From the NCBI GenBank assembly GCA_003645085.1, contig QNEE01000005.1, positions 1-34,917 of the forward strand: a stretch of DNA of 34,917 nucleotides, written 5' to 3'. Shown piece by piece: positions 17,818 to 25,725 of the stretch; within the stretch, counting starts at the first letter, position 1; each line of letters begins with the position of its first letter. Origin of the DNA: a bacterium (lineage in GTDB: Bacteria > UBP14 > UBA6098). The position numbers were made by a program, and so were the translations under genes. The notes under the pieces are model-generated. The model worked only from the letters and a program-made list of their open reading frames with translations, was not told the origin of the DNA and made no database searches.

Positions 17818-18228
17818 TCAGTCTGCCACTTCTTTATAAGTCCAATGGTGGTTTAGTAAGAAATTCATAGTAGCGGCCATAGCGATACCTATAATATTTG
17901 CCAGTGCGTAATTGATTTCTACTACTTCGCTTAACAGAATCAATATTGGGTAGTTCACGCCGAACGCGGTTATTCCCGCGACAATATTATATTTCACCAT
18001 CCGTATATACCAGATGTCTTTTCGTCTGTCGCGCCAGGTCCAGATATCGTTCACAAACCAGTTCGCTATTATCGAAACCTCTATGGCGATAATACCTCCG
18101 AGCCACGTGGGTAGCCCGCACAAACCAACCAACAGCATCAACCCGCCCTGATTGACGACAAATCCGCTGGTTCCAACCAAACCGAATTTCCAGCCGCGGC
18201 GAATATATTCATGGACCGATGTAGCCAA
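17818..18228 (-). CDS. GtrA-family membrane protein (polyisoprenol-linked sugar translocation)
   Basis: 4-TM, 136 aa, motif KFGLVGTSGFVVNQGGLMLLV ... ANWFVNDIWTWR typical of GtrA. Confidence 0.75.
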   Translation of the reverse strand: MATSVHEYIRRGWKFGLVGTSGFVVNQGGLMLLVGLCGLPTWLGGIIAIEVSIIANWFVNDIWTWRDRRKDIWYIRMVKYNIVAGITAFGVNYPILILLSEVVEINYALANIIGIAMAATMNFLLNHHWTYKEVAD

Positions 18229-19672
18229 AACACCTCCATATTCTAAATGTCGTAACTACTTTGCCGCCTCTTTTCGGTTTCAACTCGTCTTGTTCTTCTA
18301 CCCGTTCGAAGTGTTTTTCGAGAATCTCCGGATGTCGGAACGGCTCGCGCGCGTCGGCCACGAATATGCAATTTTTCCCGAGTAGTTTATCGGTATCGGT
18401 CCAATATGTATAGTTAAGGCCATGCAGACCCAGTATCTCGTTGCTATGCGTTTCGGGGTGCCCCTGAAGATAGAACCTTAATTCCGAGGGAACTTTGTAT
18501 CCCCAGCCAGCGATAAAAGGTTCCTCGCTGAATTCGGCGCGCTCAATCTCGACTCTTTTCGCCAGTTCTTTCCAGCCTTCCCAGTATGCCGCTTCACCCG
18601 TGATAGGTATCGCCGGGACCAACACAATAATATAAAGTAAAACCGTTTCCGCTAGCGCTACCCCTGTAGCCCATTTCAGAAATCTCGGTTCTTTTCCGTC
18701 CGCAAACGCGAGTCCGATAAACGCCAGCAGACCGGTTATATATGCAGGCGCGAGCCAGTTGATTTTAACCCAATACCGCAATGCTATAATCGAAAAGAAG
18801 ACCATTATGGGCAAAGCGAAGCCGGCTAAATATAAATTGCCGAAATCTTTTTTGCCGAAAAGCGTTTTCCAACCGTAGCGAAAAACCGCAAGAACGATAC
18901 CGCCAAAAAGTAACGGGCTGACAATCGCTATTTGCGAGCCGAGCATCCCGGCGAAAAGGTCGAGGCGCCAACGTGATATTTCTCCCGCGCGACGTGTAGT
19001 TTGATACGCGAAACTCGCCCATTCGTTTCCGGCATTCCAAATAAATTGAGGCAGAAAGGCTATGAAAGCCGTAACCACCGCAAAATAAGGCCAAGGGGTT
19101 TTCAAATGTTCACGTCCACGTTCAGATATAATAAGAATCGGAATAAAACCAATTCCCAGAAAGACTGCGGTATATTTTGACAGCATCGCAAGACCTGCGG
19201 CAAAACCGACAACAATCCAGAGCGGCTTTATATCATCGGTAAGCGCCCGGTAACCGAGGTATAGCGATAGTGTCCAGAAAAAAAGGAGCGGAGGGTCGGG
19301 AGTCAATATGGAGCTTCCAATACTGAAAAGCGGGGTTACCCCCGCAGCGACCGTCGCCCAGAATCCGACACGCGGATTATATATTCGTCGGGCAAAACAG
19401 AAAACGAGGATAAGTAATCCTAAACCGTATAACCAGGGCCCGAACCGTATTCCAAAAGCGTTATCCCCGAAGATTAACGTGGTTAACCAAGCGGTGAACG
19501 CGTGTAACGGGGGATGGTCGAAATATCCCGGCGACAGGTGCTTAGAATACTGCCAGTAGTAAGCATCCTGAGGGGTCAATGCCAGAGCGGGTAATAGAAC
19601 GAGTCTTATTGCGGATATAGTTATAATAAAGACCAATACCCGGCGTTCCCATATACGGGCATTTTCACTCAA
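18209..19672 (-). CDS. Family 39/83 glycosyltransferase (ArnT/PMT-like dolichyl/undecaprenyl-phosphate sugar transferase)
   Basis: Multi-TM protein with N-terminal loop DAYYWQYSKHLSPGYFDHPPL; overlaps the GtrA gene by 20 nt. Confidence 0.75.
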   Translation of the reverse strand: MSENARIWERRVLVFIITISAIRLVLLPALALTPQDAYYWQYSKHLSPGYFDHPPLHAFTAWLTTLIFGDNAFGIRFGPWLYGLGLLILVFCFARRIYNPRVGFWATVAAGVTPLFSIGSSILTPDPPLLFFWTLSLYLGYRALTDDIKPLWIVVGFAAGLAMLSKYTAVFLGIGFIPILIISERGREHLKTPWPYFAVVTAFIAFLPQFIWNAGNEWASFAYQTTRRAGEISRWRLDLFAGMLGSQIAIVSPLLFGGIVLAVFRYGWKTLFGKKDFGNLYLAGFALPIMVFFSIIALRYWVKINWLAPAYITGLLAFIGLAFADGKEPRFLKWATGVALAETVLLYIIVLVPAIPITGEAAYWEGWKELAKRVEIERAEFSEEPFIAGWGYKVPSELRFYLQGHPETHSNEILGLHGLNYTYWTDTDKLLGKNCIFVADAREPFRHPEILEKHFERVEEQDELKPKRGGKVVTTFRIWRCFGYIGP

Positions 19673-20037
19673 GCTTTACCTTTTTTCTTCAGGATGTGTT
19701 TGATTTTGTCTTTAAGTTCCGAGAGGTCGGCGGACTTGATGATATAGTCTTCGGCGAGCCAGGTCAGAAAATTATCCTTATAGGTCGAATACGCCGTATT
19801 TATAAGCACAGGCAGGTCCCGCCTTTTGACCATCATTTTTTCGAGTGCGCTTATACCGTCCTCTTCGGGCATACGGATATCGAGAATCACAGCATCGAAA
19901 TTATCCTTTTCGAGCAATTCGAGAGCTTCTTTTGCCGATGCTGCGGTCGTAACTTCATAGCCCTCTTCGCTCAGCTCCTCTTTATATAGAGCGAGGATAT
20001 TTTTTTCGTCGTCGACTACCAGTATCCTGGCCATCAT
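19669..20037 (-). CDS. Stand-alone response regulator receiver domain (CheY-like)
   Basis: ILVVDDE ... AVILDIRMP ... PVLINTAY: acidic pocket, phospho-Asp and conserved T and K present. Confidence 0.85.
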   Translation of the reverse strand: MMARILVVDDEKNILALYKEELSEEGYEVTTAASAKEALELLEKDNFDAVILDIRMPEEDGISALEKMMVKRRDLPVLINTAYSTYKDNFLTWLAEDYIIKSADLSELKDKIKHILKKKGKA

Positions 20038-22604
20038 TCCTCCTTGAATGTTTTTTCTCCGCTTGGGAGCTTTACATGAAAAGTCGTGCCTTTATTTTCG
20101 GTCGTAGTGAACCATATCATACCGCCATGCGATTCGATAATCTGATAACATATTGAAAGCCCGAGTCCTGTTCCCGAGGATTTGGTAGTAAAGAACGGTT
20201 CGAACACCTTTTCTTTTACGTCGTCTGGAATCCCCTTCCCGGTATCCGTAACATCCACCCAGACAAAACCGCCGGTTTTTCGTGTGGCGACGGTTAACCG
20301 ACCACCCTCTGGCATCGCCGAAACGGCGTTTTTGATTAGATTCAAAAAAACCTGTCTTATCTGGTCGGGGTCGAGTTGGACGGTGTCGATATTCGGGTCG
20401 AATATAGTGATAACCTCGATGTTGGATTCTTTTGTTTCCTCCCGGAAAATCTCGATTGACGTTTCGAGAAGTTCGTCCAGTGAAACAGGCTTCATTCGAG
20501 GTTCTGTGAAGCTCGAATACGATAATATGTCCTGCAGAATCGATTCCAGCCGCCGAGCTTCTTCACAGATTATCCGTGCATATTTGCGAATATCGCTTTC
20601 GGGTTCCGAATGTTTAGCGATATTCCTGGCGAAACCGCCGATAGCTACCAGCGGATTTCGTATTTCGTGGGCAACCTGTGCTGCCAGCCTTCCTATCGCC
20701 GAGAATCTTTCCGCGCGGATAAGTAATTCCTGGTTATTCTGCAGTTTATCGTATGTTTCCTGTAGTATTTCGTAATTTTCGCTAAGCTGGTCCATAAGGA
20801 GACTTCTCTCTATGGTGAAACTCGCGTGGGAAGCGATAGCTTTGAGCAACCTGAGGTTTTGCTCGTTTATTGGAGAACCGGTAACCATATTATCCGCTAC
20901 GACGAGACCTACCGGTTTTCCCATAGCCAAAAGCGGGACGACCGCGAATGTATTGCAATGGATTTTCCCAGCCAGGTCGGCGGCGCCCGGCTCGGTTGAA
21001 GCGTCCTGGATAATTCTGGTTTTTTTCGTATCGAGAACGTTTATAAGTAAAGTAGAATTATCGGAGAGGGGGTATTTCAGGCCCTTAATTATGCGATTAA
21101 CCTCGACATCGCCTCCTTTAAGGACTTCGCGATAATTAGCCAGAGCCTCGGCGAAATTAGCGGGTTTAGACTCCAGTTCCCGCCATATACGCCCAGCTTC
21201 TTCGGGACTCGATGGGCCAATCGCCCAACGCCCCTCGAGTGCTTTGTTTTCCTTATTCACAAGAAAAAGGAAAGCTCTGTTAAATCCACAACCTTGCTTG
21301 GCCGTAACTGCCGTCAAAAAAATATGCATGTTTTCGTCGAGGCTTTCGACCGTTTGAAGAGCTTCGGATAACTCGGTAAGCATAGCCAATTCGTCTATAC
21401 GGCGGGAAAGTTGGGCGTTCGCATCTTCGAGGCGGTCTTTGGTTTCTGCCAAGACCTGGATAATTTTCTCCCTATCCGTAACGTCTCGGATTATCCTTAC
21501 AACCCGGATTACTTTCCCTCTATTATTTTTAACCGGGCCGGAAATTACCTCGAAAGTGCGCTCTTTGCCGATTGAGAGGTCGAGTTTCTGGTAACTTCGA
21601 TGAACCTGACCGTCGGCGAAAGAATCCGGAACGGTGCATCCCTGGCAAATTCGGCCTTTACCGCGAGTAACTTCGTAACAGGGACGTCCAGAATAATCGT
21701 CGGGGATATCGAACCAGTCTTTCAGGACATCATTTGCCCATATCAGGTTCAGTTCTGGGTCGATAATAGCGATTCCCTCGTCTATAACCTGCGCGGCAGC
21801 CTCGAAACGGTCGGAGATACAGACCTCCTCGGAAATATCCTTAACAATCATAAGGACTCCTGAAACCTGTCGTTCGGTTTTAACCGGTATATGTATAACC
21901 TCGAGGAATCGGCCTTCCGGGAGTTCCAATACATCTCTCAGCGTTCGATTTTCTGATAAACATTTTTCGACGCGGCATTCGTCGCCTTCGGTATCGCGCC
22001 AGGGGATAATCTCATTGCATTTCGCGTTCTTGGGAATCGAATTTAAACCGAAGGTTTTCAACAGAACGTCGTTGGCTCGGACAACCTCGCCTTTCGGGGA
22101 AAGCAGAAGTAAACCTAAAGGGAGGTTTTCGAAAATAGCGTTCAACCATTGAGAGTTAAGCAGTAATTCCTGTGCGGTATCGCTTAGAAGAACATCGAGT
22201 TGTTTGCGCTCGAGCGGTTCTTTTTTCTCGTCGATAATCTGGGTTTCTACTTCGCGTATATCACAAGCCCACCGGATGACATCGATTAACTCGATCGAGG
22301 TGAAAGGTCTATGGACAAGGGCAAATGCTCCTGGATCGCTGGAGATAGTCTCTCCCTCGGGCATAACGAGAATACGCGAGGTTTGAGGCATCAGAGTTAT
22401 AAGTTTATCTACAATAGCGAGAGCGTTCGGGGTTATAAAATCGACAACGGCGACACGAATATCGGTTCCGTTTCCCGTATCCGAAGATGACAGAGCCGAA
22501 TCGAGCGAGATAGGCTCGAAACCCTCCTGCCGAAGGAAATCGGCAAAACCCGAGTAGATTTCTCCATAGAGGCCGACTTTGCGATTTTGTGAATTTTTAT
22601 TCAT
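20034..22604 (-). CDS. Multi-sensor (PAS/PAS/GAF) histidine kinase
   Basis: H-box AHEIRNPL, N-box NLIKNAVSAM, G-boxes DTGKGIP / GTGLGLSI; PAS and GAF regions upstream; 4-nt overlap with the receiver gene. Confidence 0.85.
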   Translation of the reverse strand: MNKNSQNRKVGLYGEIYSGFADFLRQEGFEPISLDSALSSSDTGNGTDIRVAVVDFITPNALAIVDKLITLMPQTSRILVMPEGETISSDPGAFALVHRPFTSIELIDVIRWACDIREVETQIIDEKKEPLERKQLDVLLSDTAQELLLNSQWLNAIFENLPLGLLLLSPKGEVVRANDVLLKTFGLNSIPKNAKCNEIIPWRDTEGDECRVEKCLSENRTLRDVLELPEGRFLEVIHIPVKTERQVSGVLMIVKDISEEVCISDRFEAAAQVIDEGIAIIDPELNLIWANDVLKDWFDIPDDYSGRPCYEVTRGKGRICQGCTVPDSFADGQVHRSYQKLDLSIGKERTFEVISGPVKNNRGKVIRVVRIIRDVTDREKIIQVLAETKDRLEDANAQLSRRIDELAMLTELSEALQTVESLDENMHIFLTAVTAKQGCGFNRAFLFLVNKENKALEGRWAIGPSSPEEAGRIWRELESKPANFAEALANYREVLKGGDVEVNRIIKGLKYPLSDNSTLLINVLDTKKTRIIQDASTEPGAADLAGKIHCNTFAVVPLLAMGKPVGLVVADNMVTGSPINEQNLRLLKAIASHASFTIERSLLMDQLSENYEILQETYDKLQNNQELLIRAERFSAIGRLAAQVAHEIRNPLVAIGGFARNIAKHSEPESDIRKYARIICEEARRLESILQDILSYSSFTEPRMKPVSLDELLETSIEIFREETKESNIEVITIFDPNIDTVQLDPDQIRQVFLNLIKNAVSAMPEGGRLTVATRKTGGFVWVDVTDTGKGIPDDVKEKVFEPFFTTKSSGTGLGLSICYQIIESHGGMIWFTTTENKGTTFHVKLPSGEKTFKEE

Positions 22605-22751
22605 AATTATTTATTTGCTATATATTTTTATAATTTATTCTTATATGCCGATTAAAGCAAGCAAAAAACTGTTTTAGTTTTGCCGGGGTTGTTTTACGGT
22701 TGATTTCAATCTCGACTTGCAGATTGGAAAATAGTCTGTAAATTACGTTTT

Positions 22752-23660
22752 ATGAACAAACCCTCACGAATTATCGCTGAGACACTACTTCTCTTTACGA
22801 CTGCTGTATGGGGTTCGACATTCCTTATTATCAAACTTCTTGTAACGGGTGTTCAGGTAAACTCGCCGTTCGCCTTACTATTTGCCCGGTTCGCTCTTGC
22901 GACGGTTATAGCCTTTATAGCTTTCCAACCTAAAAGATTTCCCGACAGAACGGAGTTGTTCGGAGGGCTGGTTATCGGCGTCGCCGCTTTCGGCGGATAC
23001 GGGCTACAAACGCTGGGGCTCCAATATACGACACCGGCTAAAAGCGGGTTTATTACGTCCTTGTTTATTTTATTCGTGCCCTTTCTTTCGAAAATCTGGG
23101 AAAGAGCTAAAATCCCGGTTAGAATATATATCGCTCTTATCCCTGCGGCGTTCGGTCTATGGGCGATTTCCGGCGCAGGTAAAGCTATTGCGGACATAAA
23201 CACAGGGGATAAGTTGACGTTTTTTTCCGCGCTGTGCTTTGCGTTTCAGGTTGTCGGAATTCAGATATATACGCGTCGTGGCGATTGGAAATGGCTGACA
23301 GTATTGCAATTTGCGATTGTAACCGCTGCATCCGCTATTTCTATGCCCTTTGAAAACGATTGTCGGTTAGTATGGGATATTCCGAATCTCGTCGGTATTG
23401 CCTATCTTGGCATATTTGCCACAGTTATCGCGTTAGGTATGCAGATGTTCGTGCAGAGATTCACCACCTCGTCCAGAGCTTCTCTAATTTATGTATCAGA
23501 GCCTATATTCGCCGCGCTTTTTGCGTGGTTATTCATCCACGACATTATGACGGTATGGGAGATTATCGGGGGAACTGCGATTGTTATGTCTATGGTTATC
23601 GGGAGGTTTCCGTCGAAAGCGGAGAAACCGGGCTGTCACGGTTTTTGCGGTGCCCGGTAA
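22752..23660 (+). CDS. DMT superfamily (EamA-like) transporter
   Basis: 10-TM topology with duplicated EamA halves; the last 11 codons lie inside repeat copy 2. Confidence 0.75.
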   Translation: MNKPSRIIAETLLLFTTAVWGSTFLIIKLLVTGVQVNSPFALLFARFALATVIAFIAFQPKRFPDRTELFGGLVIGVAAFGGYGLQTLGLQYTTPAKSGFITSLFILFVPFLSKIWERAKIPVRIYIALIPAAFGLWAISGAGKAIADINTGDKLTFFSALCFAFQVVGIQIYTRRGDWKWLTVLQFAIVTAASAISMPFENDCRLVWDIPNLVGIAYLGIFATVIALGMQMFVQRFTTSSRASLIYVSEPIFAALFAWLFIHDIMTVWEIIGGTAIVMSMVIGRFPSKAEKPGCHGFCGAR

Positions 23661-23732
23661 GGTCTTGGAATATATTATTTCCGGGCGCAAAAACTCCCCT
23701 CACAAAGACCGCTCCACCCTCGCGCCAGCCCT
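23628..23732. repeat. Copy 2 of the 105-bp dispersed repeat
   Basis: Aligns with 4594-4698 with one indel; overlaps the 3' ends of both convergent flanking ORFs. Confidence 0.65.
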
Positions 23733-24248
23733 CCATATCCCCTCGATTTTAGCGATTATTTCCTCGGTTTTCCTACACTTAAGCGGCAGACGGTTGGCGA
23801 ATTTTAGCGGTTTTAGCTCGATATAGAAACCTGTGGTGGTTTCCTCGATTTTTTTTACATCTGAAAATGGGATAAAAAACGGACGTTTATCTCCTTTAGC
23901 AGCTTCGAAATAGAGACCGTCCGGCATAACCGCGATATTCGTCCGAACCGACGAGCCGGCCAGGTCGTAAAGGAAATACGACAGAATACCGGTAATCAAG
24001 ATTACTACACATGGGACCGCCCGGTCGATGAGAAAGAATAATGCAACCGAGATTATTATAAGCGTCAGCGATATCCATAAAAGGAAGCTGTTCGCCGATA
24101 AAGGATGCGGTTTTGCGGAATAGGAGGCGAACTCCATCGCCTCCTCGCGCGGCTCTCCAAGCGACCATCGACGGAGCGACCTTTCCCGGAAAATCGTAAG
24201 AACGACAGCGATAAAGGCCGCGACTATAGCAAACCATACAATCGGCAT
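23700..24248 (-). CDS. Hypothetical membrane protein (2 N-terminal TM pairs plus soluble C-terminal domain), co-transcribed downstream of ftsY
   Basis: ORF with hydrophobic segments; no recognisable motif; C-terminus runs into repeat copy 2. Confidence 0.5.
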   Translation of the reverse strand: MPIVWFAIVAAFIAVVLTIFRERSLRRWSLGEPREEAMEFASYSAKPHPLSANSFLLWISLTLIIISVALFFLIDRAVPCVVILITGILSYFLYDLAGSSVRTNIAVMPDGLYFEAAKGDKRPFFIPFSDVKKIEETTTGFYIELKPLKFANRLPLKCRKTEEIIAKIEGIWRAGARVERSL

Positions 24249-24257
24249 AATTTTCCT

Positions 24258-25169
24258 TTACGATTCGAAAAAGCTTTCGATGAAACTCCGAGCATCGAAA
24301 TCGACCAGGTCGTCGATTTTCTCGCCGACACCGACCATTTTTACGGGGATGTCCAACTCGCGCATTATTGCAAGAGCGATACCCCCTTTCGAGGTGCTAT
24401 CGAGTTTCGTGAGGATTATCCCTGTCAGACCGATAGCCTCGTCGAAAAGCCGCGCCTGCTGGATACCGTTATTACCGGTCGTGGCATCCAGAACGAGGAA
24501 TATATCGTGAGGCGCGCCGGGCAATTTTTTGCCGCAAACACGAGCTATTTTCTTCAACTCTTCCATTAAATTGACCTTTGTATGAAGCCTGCCGGCGGTA
24601 TCGATTATTACCGCGTCGTATCCGCCGGAAAGCGATTTGCTAACGGCATCGAACGCAACAGACGCCGGGTCGGCACCGCTGACCGACTGGACAATTTCCA
24701 CATTGGCGCGTTCGGCCCAGATAGTGAGTTGTTCGTTCGCCGCCGCGCGGAATGTATCCGACGACGCGATTAGCGGTTTTCCGCCTGAGTCTTTAATTCG
24801 CTTTGCGATTTTTCCCGCAACCGTCGTTTTGCCCGTTCCGTTGACACCGACCAAAAGGACAACATGCGGTTTTTTGGTTGGTCGCCACGGTTCGAGGTTC
24901 TCTGCGCCTTCGAGCATACAGAGCAGTTCGCTTTCGAGCATTTCCAGCGGCCCGCCGGGCGGCATTTTCTGCGCGCGCGCCGCCGATTTCATCGCCTCGA
25001 TTATCTCCTCCGTCACCTCGATTCCGACATCAGCGGCGATAAGCGCCTCCTCGAGAATTTCGAGGTCGCAAGTCTCGAGCGTTCGCCCGGGGACGAAAAC
25101 ATCCTCGACGCGCATATTGAGAACATCGCGGGTTTTCTTGAGAGCGTCTTTGAGTTTATCTAACGGCAT
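24258..25169 (-). CDS. ftsY: Signal recognition particle receptor FtsY (short form, NG domain only)
   Basis: GTPase motifs GVNGTGKTT, DTAGR, TKLD plus SRP-GTPase signature. Confidence 0.85.
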   Translation of the reverse strand: MPLDKLKDALKKTRDVLNMRVEDVFVPGRTLETCDLEILEEALIAADVGIEVTEEIIEAMKSAARAQKMPPGGPLEMLESELLCMLEGAENLEPWRPTKKPHVVLLVGVNGTGKTTVAGKIAKRIKDSGGKPLIASSDTFRAAANEQLTIWAERANVEIVQSVSGADPASVAFDAVSKSLSGGYDAVIIDTAGRLHTKVNLMEELKKIARVCGKKLPGAPHDIFLVLDATTGNNGIQQARLFDEAIGLTGIILTKLDSTSKGGIALAIMRELDIPVKMVGVGEKIDDLVDFDARSFIESFFES

Positions 25170-25404
25170 ATTCTCTCCCTGCTCCTAAAGATACAATTGG
25201 CGGAGGGAAATTCAAGCGAAATCATTGTATTGCGGATTTTGGAATGCGGATTGCGGATTGCGCTACACCACCCAGAGCTTTTAACGCGGAGAATATAGAG
25301 AGGAATCGTAAGGGTATATCGAACACGCCCTGTCATTTGGCAACCCGATAAATCCCTCGGTTCGAGCGTATATCTTGTTCGAGCAAAAACCGGAGATAAG
25401 GATA

Positions 25405-25503
25405 TTACAAAACGGGTCGTGTATCTGAAATGACATCGGGCAATATGTTATACCAACGCTTCGGGATTTCCTCTACCGGCAGATTTACCTGCCTTCTTTG
25501 CAT
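25405..25503 (-). CDS. 32-codon ORF with strong SD (GGAGGA-5nt-ATG); possible gene stub or leader peptide
   Basis: Translation MQRRQVNLPVEEIPKRWYNILPDVISDTRPVL; N-terminus resembles the TrpB2-type tryptophan synthase beta N-terminal motif. Confidence 0.25.
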   Translation of the reverse strand: MQRRQVNLPVEEIPKRWYNILPDVISDTRPVL

Positions 25504-25725
25504 TCTGTTCCTCCTTCGGGTTTTAATTGTTTTTTAGTTAATTAAAATTAGGATACAACTGGCTATTTGAATAGTCAATCTATTTTTTATACGAATTGTT
25601 TTCAAATACAGCATTTGTAATCACCCGATATGCTTTGTGGCAGACTACCTATTTATATCCTTGCGCTACCCGCTTTCGCCGACTATTTTAGTTAGAAATA
25701 AACCCACTCAAAAGAGGCGATTTAT

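Noticed and set aside
25239-25262. GCGGATT heptamer repeated three times
   Set aside because: Too short and imperfect to call a functional tandem repeat; mentioned only as a landmark in the ftsY-pheT gap
25270-25290. Possible T-box-like GGGTGGTG sequence on the minus strand upstream of ftsY
   Set aside because: Only a partial match to the T-box consensus with no specifier or antiterminator structure. ftsY is not an aminoacyl-tRNA-related gene, and T-boxes are rare outside Firmicutes
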